Part shown: one piece after another, positions 29,337 through 37,866 of the stretch
Layout of the letters: each line of letters begins with the position of its first letter
Numbering within the stretch: the stretch's first letter is position 1
Source: Candidatus Tenderia sp.
Lineage (GTDB): Bacteria > Pseudomonadota > Gammaproteobacteria > Tenderiales > Tenderiaceae
DNA: 64,000 nucleotides
NCBI GenBank assembly: GCA_031416075.1
Contig: JANOSY010000055.1
Location: 9,156-73,155 of the forward strand
Direction of reading: 5' to 3'
Program-made: the position numbers and the translations under genes
Notes under the pieces: model-generated
What the model was told of the DNA's origin: nothing
Seen by the model: only the letters and a program-made list of their open reading frames with translations
Databases searched by the model: none

Positions 29337-30578
29337 TTAATCAGGCTTGCTGACCTGTGTCTGTAACTCCAGCAGTTCCTCCTCCACCCCCGCAGCGGCG
29401 GTGAGTTTGGCGACGTTGTCTTTGGTAAAAAATCCATCAAAGTCACCAAAACGCTGTACGTATTCGATGATGAGTGAGGAGTGGTCGGAGGCGCTGGAGA
29501 AGATCTGTTTTAAACCATCCTCTTTGGAGCCGATGACGTCGAGCAGGAACGCTCGCCCCTGGGCCTGAATTTGATTAACGACGTAGTTGATGTTTTCAAC
29601 GCCGTTGCTTTCGCCGTCACGCACGGCCAGTGCTACGTGGTGTAGCCGTGGGCCGTAGTTTCTGACGAAGGTTTCAGTGGGGGATGGTAGCCGCTCCAGA
29701 TGGTTTACAAAGTATGGGGTGTTGTTGGCGGTGAAGACTTTGGCAGGGCTGCGCATCTCTTCGAGGCGGTGGCTGTTTTTGGTGACGTTGGTGGAGGAGT
29801 TTTGATCTTTGATGTCGTAGGAGCCCCAGTAGTAGTAGCTGGAGAGTGAGAGCCATTCGAGGATCGCCACTTCGCGGTTCTGGCTGTATACACGGGTGGC
29901 GAGGTGGTCTATCGGGCCGATGAGTTTATCGATGCCCAGCTCTGCCTGCAATGTTTTGGCGGCCAGGTAGACATCCTGCACGTCGGCACGAATGGTGCTG
30001 ATGCCCAGCGCGTAGGTGCGGATCTGTTCAGGGGTGCGCTCTACGTAAGCGACGATGTTGTGGGTGTAAGGAGAGGGTTTGTTGACGGCGAGATTGCCGG
30101 GCAGCTCCATTTTCCGCAAGACATCCTGGGAGAAGAAGCGAAACTCCCGCGATTTTTGTAGCTCGACCACGCCGTGCAGGTCGTTGACCCGCAGGATCTC
30201 ACCCATGTAACGGCTGTTAGGTTTGCGTGAGCCGATGGGGTAGACCTCGTTGAGGCTGCGAAAGATGCCCCGGATGTTTTCATCTTTGACTTCACGTACC
30301 AGCAGGTCTGGCGACTGCATGTCGATGCGGAGGATGTGGGTCCAGTGGGTTTCGCTCTCCAGCGTCACCAAATAGTTGTAGGGGGTCATCAGCGCCAGTT
30401 CACCGATGTATTCGATGGAGTGGCCGGGATCAACGGTGAGCATGAGTGCGTCGATCTCGTGGATCATGTCGCTTAACCCGATCCGGTCACGTTCGGTCAA
30501 CAGCCGTTGCAGATATTCTTCAAAGAAGGGTGAGTTCTCTTTGTCACCATGGCGGGCAAACTCCAGCGATTTAGTCAT
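29337..30578 (-). CDS. Uncharacterised VOC/HPPD-like metalloenzyme
   Basis: IDHLAT, TETFVRNYGPRLHHVAL, LKQIFS, IIEYVQR..FDGFF..NV parallel the HPPD C-domain His/His/Glu motifs. Confidence 0.7.
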   Translation of the reverse strand: MTKSLEFARHGDKENSPFFEEYLQRLLTERDRIGLSDMIHEIDALMLTVDPGHSIEYIGELALMTPYNYLVTLESETHWTHILRIDMQSPDLLVREVKDENIRGIFRSLNEVYPIGSRKPNSRYMGEILRVNDLHGVVELQKSREFRFFSQDVLRKMELPGNLAVNKPSPYTHNIVAYVERTPEQIRTYALGISTIRADVQDVYLAAKTLQAELGIDKLIGPIDHLATRVYSQNREVAILEWLSLSSYYYWGSYDIKDQNSSTNVTKNSHRLEEMRSPAKVFTANNTPYFVNHLERLPSPTETFVRNYGPRLHHVALAVRDGESNGVENINYVVNQIQAQGRAFLLDVIGSKEDGLKQIFSSASDHSSLIIEYVQRFGDFDGFFTKDNVAKLTAAAGVEEELLELQTQVSKPD

Positions 30579-30660
30579 ATATAACTCCCCAGCTACGTCT
30601 CTTTTTCTCTTATACCCTACTCTGGCGCTACGTGGTGCAGGCCAGATGTGAATGGTGCTG

Positions 30661-32370
30661 TTATCCTTTTTTAATGATGTAAATCAGTATCAGGTTGATG
30701 ACAAACAAGATGATGCTCAGGCCGCGCCAGAAGGCGATGGGGTTGCGCTCCAGCAGCGGCTGCCCCGCTTTGATGAGTGTGGGGTTGGGGGTGGAGAGGT
30801 CGGTGATAAATTCAGACATCACGTCGTAACGGTGGGCGGGGTTGATCTGCACCGCCTTTTCCAGCGCGCCGTCAATCCAGACGGGGATGTCGGGGTTGAT
30901 GTGGGACGATGAGAGATAGCTCACTTTTTGCAGTGAACGTGCACTCAGGGGGCCGCCATAGGGGTGCTGGCCGGTTAGCATTTCATAGGCGATGACACCG
31001 ATCGAGTAGAGGTCGCTCTGTACGGTGCCAGGATAACCCTGAAAATATTCGGGGGCGGCGTAGCCCTGTGTGCCCAGCAGCTCACCCCGAATGATGGGGG
31101 CGTTGATCTCTTGAATGCCGGCGATTTTGGTGGAGCCAAAGTCGATAATTTTCACAACGCCGTGGCTATCGATCATGATGTTGCCAGGTTTCAGGTCCTG
31201 ATGAATCATCTCCTGTCGATGAAAGGCACGCACCCCCGCCACCATCTGTTCAACCAGTAGCCGTACGCTGTTGATGTCGGCCTGGGGGTTGTCGTTGATC
31301 CACTGCTCCAGGGTCTGCCCGTCGATATATTCACAGACGTAATATAAAAAACGACGGCGGCGCTGCGGCTCGATAATTTTGAGTACATAGGGGCTGTTAA
31401 TGCGTTTACCGGCCCACTCTTCGTGCAGAAAACCGTCGATGTAGTGGGCATCATCTTCGTAATTAACCGACGGTGTTTTTAAGACTACTTTTTGGTTACT
31501 CTCGGTATCCAGTGCTAGATAGAGCTGTGAATGGCTGCTGGCCTTTAACTCGCGCAGTACTTTGTAACCATCCAGGATCTGGCCACTCTCAAGTGACGGT
31601 GGGAACGGCAGTTCGGTGAGGTGTTGGTAGAACTCCGCCTCATCCTGGTTAGGCAGTGCGGTAACAACAAACAGCTGGCAGGTGACGTTGTCATGGCTGC
31701 CATTTTCCAGCGCACGGGTCACAATGGCCCGTGTACCACGCTCCGGCTCGGTCCGGTGGCTTTCGCACAGTTCGCGCAATATTTTGTCATTTACATATTC
31801 ATGTACACCATCGGTGGTGAGCAGAAAAAGATCGTCTACCTCAACGGGCAGACTGCGGTAGTCGATCTCCACCGAGACGTCTGCCCCCATGGCCCGGTTC
31901 AGAAAACGTTTCTCCTCGCCGCCCCAGGTTTGGTGGTCACGGGTGAGACACTGAAACTCACCATCACGCAGCCGCCAGATACGGCTGTCACCCACATGCA
32001 GCAGATGGGCGGTGGTGGATTTGATGATGATGGCGCTGAAGGTGGTCAACATGCCCTGCGCCGAACCCAGCCGACTCTGCCCCTGGCCGTAGAGCCAACG
32101 GTTCAGCGCCCCCAGTACTTTTTGGCCCGATGTTTTAACCGTCCACGATTCGGCGGTGCTGTAGTAGTCGCTGAGGAACCCTTTGATACACGCCTCTGAT
32201 GCCTCACGCCCCGCTTCTGAACTGCTGACACCGTCGGCAATCGCTACCGCCACCCCTTTAGTAGTCAACAGTGGTTCGTCGGGCATACGGATGCCACACG
32301 CATCTTCGTTGGAGGGTTTAACCCCTTTTTCACTGTACTGGGCGGCGTTAATGGTCAGGGGTGATTGCAT
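30661..32370 (-). CDS. Bifunctional PP2C phosphatase / Ser-Thr kinase with C-terminal TM helix
   Basis: NEDA, IADGV, HVGDSR, TDG, HDNVT; VLK, HQDLKPGN, IDFG, YAAPE; hydrophobic C-terminus. Confidence 0.92.
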   Translation of the reverse strand: MQSPLTINAAQYSEKGVKPSNEDACGIRMPDEPLLTTKGVAVAIADGVSSSEAGREASEACIKGFLSDYYSTAESWTVKTSGQKVLGALNRWLYGQGQSRLGSAQGMLTTFSAIIIKSTTAHLLHVGDSRIWRLRDGEFQCLTRDHQTWGGEEKRFLNRAMGADVSVEIDYRSLPVEVDDLFLLTTDGVHEYVNDKILRELCESHRTEPERGTRAIVTRALENGSHDNVTCQLFVVTALPNQDEAEFYQHLTELPFPPSLESGQILDGYKVLRELKASSHSQLYLALDTESNQKVVLKTPSVNYEDDAHYIDGFLHEEWAGKRINSPYVLKIIEPQRRRRFLYYVCEYIDGQTLEQWINDNPQADINSVRLLVEQMVAGVRAFHRQEMIHQDLKPGNIMIDSHGVVKIIDFGSTKIAGIQEINAPIIRGELLGTQGYAAPEYFQGYPGTVQSDLYSIGVIAYEMLTGQHPYGGPLSARSLQKVSYLSSSHINPDIPVWIDGALEKAVQINPAHRYDVMSEFITDLSTPNPTLIKAGQPLLERNPIAFWRGLSIILFVINLILIYIIKKG

Positions 32371-32471
32371 CTGTTGTTTTATCTTTTACGTCAGGTGGGC
32401 ACCATCTCTCGGCCCAGGAGAACAATAGGGACGGCGGGCATATATATAGTATGCCCGCCGGACAGCGCTAT

Positions 32472-33944
32472 CTACTTCACATCGATCATCTGCACTGTAC
32501 CATCTGCCAACGTCTCCACCATCTGCCCTTTTGGCTCTTCGAGGTAAAGCATGATCAGTGCAAAGACCAACGCGGCCGAAATCCCGATCACCAGGAAGAA
32601 CTGGTTGTAAGGGACCAGAGAGTTCACGGTCAGGAAGACCACACCGCCCACATTTCCAAACGCGCCCACCATGCCGGCAATCTGGCCGGTCATGCGCCGC
32701 TGTACCAGTGGCACCATGGCATAGACCGCGCCCGACCCCATCTTGGAGAAGATGCCGCCCACAATCGTCAGCCCCACCACCATCCATACCGGCCACTCTT
32801 TGCTCATCAAACCCAACAGCAGAAAGCTGGCGGCAATCCCGGCAAAGACGATGATAAGGGTGCGGCGACGGCCAATACGGTCACTGACCCAACCGCCACC
32901 AGGACGTGCCATCAAATTCAGGAACGGGTAGATACCCGCCAGCAGCGCCGCCGTTACTTTGGGGATATCAAACCAGGAGACGTAGAGCATGGCCAACATT
33001 GAGACCACGGCCAGCTCGGTACCAAACGTTACAAAGTAGGCCCAGTCCAGCACTGCTACCTGTTTAAATTTGTAACGCTGCATTTCAGGCACTGGTTTTT
33101 TCAGTACATGGCCATTGACGTTCCAGATCTTCCACACTTGCAACAGATAGATGGCCGTTAATACCAGATAGATCACCATCGCCGCCGTGCCACTAATCAG
33201 CCCCAGCTGTGTCGGTGCCAGCTTCCAGGTCAGCAGCGCCAGCGCCAGGAACAGCGGTACATTCATCAATATGTAGATTGCCAGATCAGTGCCGCTGGTG
33301 ATCTCCATCGCACCCATCTTTTTAGGTTTGAAGTAGGTAGATCCCTTGGGGGTATTGCTCACACGGGTGTAGTAGAAGACACCGTAGGCAATCGCCAGCA
33401 GACTGGCCACGGTAAGGGAGATGCGCCAGCCGTTGGCATCGCCGATGTTGGCCGCCAGCACCGGCAGTGTTACCGCCGCAGCCGAGGAGCCAAAGTTACC
33501 CCAGCCACCGTAAATGCCCTGCGCCAGACCGGTCTGTTTAGCCGGAAACCACTCGCCAATCATACGAATGCCCACCACAAACCCGGCACCGATAAAACCG
33601 GACAGGAAGCGCATCAGCGCCAGCTGTTCATAACTCTGCGCCCAGGAGAAGGCGATGCTGATCACCCCCCCCAGGATCAATACCCCGGCATACATGATGC
33701 GCGGCCCAAACTTATCCACCAACATGCCCACCACAATACGGGCAGGGATGGTCATCGCTACGTTCAGGATCAGCAGCACCTTCGCCTGCTGATCGGTCAG
33801 ACCCAACGCCTCTTTAATAAAAGGCATCATCGGCCCCAGGCCGAGCCACACCACAAAGGTCATAAAAAACGCAAACCAGGTGTAGTGCAGGATGCGGATA
33901 TTGGCTTGATCTAACGCAAAGATGTTGAGTTTACTGCTGGACAT
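32472..33944 (-). CDS. NarK/Nrt2-family nitrate/nitrite MFS transporter
   Basis: Nitrate-signature GGWGNFGSS and GAFGNVGG; conserved Arg residues in IPARI and MARPGGG. Confidence 0.93.
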   Translation of the reverse strand: MSSSKLNIFALDQANIRILHYTWFAFFMTFVVWLGLGPMMPFIKEALGLTDQQAKVLLILNVAMTIPARIVVGMLVDKFGPRIMYAGVLILGGVISIAFSWAQSYEQLALMRFLSGFIGAGFVVGIRMIGEWFPAKQTGLAQGIYGGWGNFGSSAAAVTLPVLAANIGDANGWRISLTVASLLAIAYGVFYYTRVSNTPKGSTYFKPKKMGAMEITSGTDLAIYILMNVPLFLALALLTWKLAPTQLGLISGTAAMVIYLVLTAIYLLQVWKIWNVNGHVLKKPVPEMQRYKFKQVAVLDWAYFVTFGTELAVVSMLAMLYVSWFDIPKVTAALLAGIYPFLNLMARPGGGWVSDRIGRRRTLIIVFAGIAASFLLLGLMSKEWPVWMVVGLTIVGGIFSKMGSGAVYAMVPLVQRRMTGQIAGMVGAFGNVGGVVFLTVNSLVPYNQFFLVIGISAALVFALIMLYLEEPKGQMVETLADGTVQMIDVK

Positions 33945-33988
33945 GATAGTTACCTTGATTAACCCCGTTGTTAATTAACGGTGGTTTT

Positions 33989-34022
33989 GCAGCAACCGTG
34001 CCAACTATTCAACACTTTGATT
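33989..34022 (-). promoter_or_regulatory. Sigma54 promoter of transporter operon with IHF site
   Basis: Minus strand TGGCACGGTTGCTGC (GG-N10-GC); AATCAAAGTGTTG matches the IHF consensus. Confidence 0.8.
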
Positions 34023-34179
34023 AACAAAGAATAAACAACTTATCGCGCAACAATGATGCATAAAAAAGAGCACTCTTGGTGCGCTGCACCAGACAAGCGT
34101 TCTAGAGTGGGGCGCAACCACTACGCCGTGAGACAAACAGGGGCAGTGGCCGCCACATCAAACAGTGATGGCTGAATAT

Positions 34180-34557
34180 TCAGGCCATGTCTGTCTCAAG
34201 ATCCTGATAATCATCCACCCTAAACCGTGGGGTACAGATGGCCAAAAACAGCAGGTCATCCTCGCCTATATTGGTAATGCGCTGGCGGCAACGCGCCGGG
34301 ATCACCACCACATCGCCCGCCCCTACCTGCTGTGCGGCCAGCGTGCCGATCTCTACCATTCCCGTACCACTGATGATGCAATAGCGCTCTTCACTCTGAT
34401 TAAGTAGATGCCAGCATGTGGTCACCCCTGGGGCCACCCTGGCCCGCGCTATGGAGAGCTGCGGGTCGTCCGCCGAGTTTGAAAGTTCGGTAATGTAACA
34501 GCGCTCCGGGGTATAAAACTCCTGCGCCAGACTGCCCTGTTTAATCGTTGCTGCCAT
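34180..34557 (-). CDS. Cupin-domain protein
   Basis: ARARVAPG..WHLL..EERYCIISGTG..GDVVVIPA..QRITN. Confidence 0.85.
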   Translation of the reverse strand: MAATIKQGSLAQEFYTPERCYITELSNSADDPQLSIARARVAPGVTTCWHLLNQSEERYCIISGTGMVEIGTLAAQQVGAGDVVVIPARCRQRITNIGEDDLLFLAICTPRFRVDDYQDLETDMA

Positions 34558-34616
34558 TCACTGATCTCCCCAATACCATTAAATTTACCCGCCCCACTCT
34601 ACCCTTTTATTACATC

Positions 34617-34665
34617 AATACCGTGATGGTGCAGATTCATTTCCCCATCGCACCCATCTGGTGCG
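34617..34665. promoter_or_regulatory. Tandem NtrC-type enhancer sites
   Basis: AATACCGTGATGGTGCA (34617) and CGCACCCATCTGGTGCG (34649), 32 bp apart; consensus TGCACC-N5-GGTGCA. Confidence 0.7.
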
Positions 34666-34742
34666 CCCACGCTTCAAATGTGTGCCGTACTACCATAAAC
34701 AAACCTACCTTCCCCGTAGAACCTATCTACCCACCTCAATAA

Positions 34743-34787
34743 AATCAATCAATTAGACTGATTTTTATTATTGGCGCACAAATTGCT
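34743..34787 (+). promoter_or_regulatory. IHF site and sigma54 promoter of nirB
   Basis: AATCAATCAATTA, then TGGCGCACAAATTGC (GG-N10-GC). Confidence 0.8.
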
Positions 34788-34831
34788 AACATATCGACCA
34801 ATATAGTCTGGTTTTACATTGGGAGCTTGAG

Positions 34832-37261
34832 ATGAAAGAAAAACTGGTATTAATCGGTAACGGCATGGCCGGCATGCGAGCACTGGAAGAGTTGCTGAAA
34901 ATCACCCCCGATATGTACGACATCACCGTTTTTGGTGCCGAGCCCTACGGCAACTACAACCGCATCTTACTCTCCCCGGTACTGGCGGGTGAAAAGAGCA
35001 TTGATGACATCATGCTCAATACCGTTGAGTGGTACAAAGAGAACAACATCACCCTGCACGCAGGTAAAAAAGTGGCCAATGTCAACCGTAAAAAGCGCGT
35101 TGTCATCGCCGAGGATGGTACTGAGGAACCTTACGACCGACTGCTGCTGGCCACCGGCTCTAACCCATTTATCATCCCCGTGCCGGGCCATAACCTCACC
35201 GGCGTGATCGGTTTCCGCGATATCAAAGATGTAGACACCATGCTGGAAACCTCCAAATCCAGAAAACATGCCGTGGTCATTGGTGGGGGTCTACTAGGTC
35301 TCGAAGCCGCCAACGGTTTGCAGATCCAAGGTATGGATGTAACCGTTGTGCATCTGTGCGACACCCTGATGGAACGGCAGATGGACGGTGTCTCCGGCAA
35401 AATGTTACAAAAAGCGCTGGAAGAGCGCGGGCTTCAGTTCCTGATGGCGACCCAGACGGAAGCTATTCTGGGTGACGACCACGTTAAGGGGGTGCGTTTC
35501 AAAGGTGGCCTGGAGATATCAGCGGATATCGTGGTGATGGCAGCGGGGATTCGCCCCAACATCGAGCTGGCCAAAAAGATCGGCCTGCATTGCGAACGGG
35601 GCGTTGTTGTAAATGACACCATGCAGACCTACGACCCCAAAATCTACGCCGTGGGTGAGTGTGTGCAGCACCGTGGTGATACCTACGGTCTGGTCGCCCC
35701 GCTGTTTGAACAGGCCAAGGTCTGTGCCAACCATCTGGCCAAACTGGGCATTGGTGCCTATCAAGGCTCTGTCACCTCCACCAAACTTAAGGTAACGGGC
35801 ATTGACCTCTTCTCCGCCGGTGATTTTATCGGTGACGAGAGCACGGAAGAGATTGTGATGAAAGATGCCTCCCGTGGCGTCTATAAGAAGATCGTCATCA
35901 AAGATAACCGGATCAAAGGGGCCGTCATGTACGGTGATACGGTCGACGGCTCCTGGTACTTCCAGCTGCTGCGTGATGGCACTGATGTCAGTGAGTTCCG
36001 CGACTCTCTGATCTTTGGTCAGGCCCAGATTGGCGAGGCCGGCCACGGCGGCCAGAACGCCGCCTCCGCCATGAGCGCCGAGATGGAAGTGTGCGGCTGT
36101 AACGGCGTCTGCAAGGGGGATATCGTCAAGGCCATCACCACCAAAGGGCTGTTTACCCTGGAAGAGGTGCGCGCCCATACCAAGGCCTCCGCCTCCTGTG
36201 GCTCCTGCACCGGACTGGTGGAGCAGATCCTCTCCTCCACCGTGGGCGACTACTCCGCCACCCCCAAGAAAAAGCCGATGTGTGGCTGTACCGACCATAC
36301 CCATGACGAAGTTCGGGCCGCCATCGCCCAGAATAAGTTGACCACCATCGCCGCTGTACGTGAATTCATGGAGTGGCGCAACGTCGACGGCTGCGCCTCC
36401 TGCCGCCCGGCACTCAACTTCTACGTGCTGGCCGCCTGGCCACATGAGGCCAAGGATGATCCACAGTCACGCTTCATCAACGAACGTGCCCATGCCAATA
36501 TTCAGAAAGATGGCACCTACTCCGTCGTGCCACGTATGTGGGGCGGTGTCACTAACTCCACCGAACTACGCGCCCTTGCCGATGCCGCTGATAAGTACAA
36601 GGCCAAGATGGTCAAGGTCACTGGCGGCCAGCGTATCGATCTGTTTGGTATCAAAAAAGAGGATCTGCCCAGCATCTGGGGCGACCTGAATGCTGCGGGC
36701 ATGGTCTCCGGCCACGCCTACGGCAAATCACTGCGTACCGTTAAAACCTGCGTTGGCTCCGAGTGGTGCCGCTTTGGTACCCAAGACTCCACCGGTCTGG
36801 GAATCAAGATCGAGAAGATGACCTGGGGTACCCAGACCCCCCATAAGTTCAAAATCGCCGTCTCCGGCTGCCCACGCAACTGTGCCGAAGCCACCATCAA
36901 GGATTTTGGTGTGGTCTGTGTTGACTCCGGTTACGAACTGCACGTCGGCGGTAACGGCGGTATCCACGTCCGTGCTACCGATCTGCTGGCCAGGGTTAAA
37001 ACCGAAGAGGAGGCAATGGAGTACTGTGGTGCCTTTATGCAGGTCTACCGTGAAGAGGCCCACTACTTGGACCGTACCGCACCGTGGATTGAACGTGTCG
37101 GTTTGAGCTACGTAAAACAGCGTGTTGTCGAAGATGAAGCGGGCCGCAAGGCGCTGTACAAACGATTCCTGGAGTCACAAGAGGTGTTCCGTTTTGACCC
37201 TTGGGCCAGACAGATCGCCGAACATCGCGACAACTACATCCCCATCAAAAAGATTGGGTGA
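34832..37261 (+). CDS. nirB: NAD(P)H nitrite reductase large subunit
   Basis: IGNGMAG, GGGLLGLE, two BFD-like clusters, KTCVG..C, SGCPRNC siroheme motifs. Confidence 0.97.
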   Translation: MKEKLVLIGNGMAGMRALEELLKITPDMYDITVFGAEPYGNYNRILLSPVLAGEKSIDDIMLNTVEWYKENNITLHAGKKVANVNRKKRVVIAEDGTEEPYDRLLLATGSNPFIIPVPGHNLTGVIGFRDIKDVDTMLETSKSRKHAVVIGGGLLGLEAANGLQIQGMDVTVVHLCDTLMERQMDGVSGKMLQKALEERGLQFLMATQTEAILGDDHVKGVRFKGGLEISADIVVMAAGIRPNIELAKKIGLHCERGVVVNDTMQTYDPKIYAVGECVQHRGDTYGLVAPLFEQAKVCANHLAKLGIGAYQGSVTSTKLKVTGIDLFSAGDFIGDESTEEIVMKDASRGVYKKIVIKDNRIKGAVMYGDTVDGSWYFQLLRDGTDVSEFRDSLIFGQAQIGEAGHGGQNAASAMSAEMEVCGCNGVCKGDIVKAITTKGLFTLEEVRAHTKASASCGSCTGLVEQILSSTVGDYSATPKKKPMCGCTDHTHDEVRAAIAQNKLTTIAAVREFMEWRNVDGCASCRPALNFYVLAAWPHEAKDDPQSRFINERAHANIQKDGTYSVVPRMWGGVTNSTELRALADAADKYKAKMVKVTGGQRIDLFGIKKEDLPSIWGDLNAAGMVSGHAYGKSLRTVKTCVGSEWCRFGTQDSTGLGIKIEKMTWGTQTPHKFKIAVSGCPRNCAEATIKDFGVVCVDSGYELHVGGNGGIHVRATDLLARVKTEEEAMEYCGAFMQVYREEAHYLDRTAPWIERVGLSYVKQRVVEDEAGRKALYKRFLESQEVFRFDPWARQIAEHRDNYIPIKKIG

Positions 37262-37273
37262 GTTTTATAAATG

Positions 37274-37386
37274 ATAGGGTGGGCACGTTTTTGTGCCCAC
37301 CAAGCGTTGCGAAGCAACACAAATATTTTTTAAATGAGTCGCCGCTGGCGATGAATTGGTGGGCACAAAAAGCGTGCCCGCCCTAC
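37274..37386. repeat. GTAG-type REP doublet between nirB and nirD
   Basis: aTAGGGTGGGCACGTTTTTGTGCCCACC ... GGTGGGCACAAAAAGCGTGCCCGCCCTAC. Confidence 0.85.
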
Positions 37387-37414
37387 ATTGATTTTGATTG
37401 AGGCATTGAGAGAA

Positions 37415-37723
37415 ATGAGCAACTGGATTGAAGTAGGCAAGGTCACCGACATACCCAAACTGGGCGCACGGGTAGTGGAGACCAGCCGTGGCGACATCGG
37501 TATCTTCCGCACTGCCGACGATGAGATCTTTGCCCTGCGTGACAAATGTCCACATAAAAACGGCCCGCTGTCACAGGGCATCGTCCATGGCAAACGTGTT
37601 ACCTGCCCGCTGCACAGCTGGAAAATCGAACTCGAATCAGGCGAAGCCGTGGCCCCGGATGTAGGCTGCGCGGCCAGATATGAGACCAAGATTGAGGATG
37701 GCATAATCTTTTTGACACTGTAA
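37415..37723 (+). CDS. nirD: Nitrite reductase small (Rieske) subunit
   Basis: CPHKNGPLSQG..CPLHSW. Confidence 0.95.
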   Translation: MSNWIEVGKVTDIPKLGARVVETSRGDIGIFRTADDEIFALRDKCPHKNGPLSQGIVHGKRVTCPLHSWKIELESGEAVAPDVGCAARYETKIEDGIIFLTL

Positions 37724-37866
37724 TCAACCTCACCACTCCAGGTTAATGCCAGACTCAACATGGCGTGGTGCAGCGACAATAAGGAGCTAATCACGATCTT
37801 GGCCAGGGGGTAGAGTAAGATCGTGAACACGCTCTCAAAAATGGATGTCAATCGGCGGGATCAATC

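Noticed and set aside
37791-37826. 10-bp inverted repeat between nirD and nasA
   Set aside because: Isolated hairpin with no T run or recognisable motif; possibly an mRNA stability element, unsupported.
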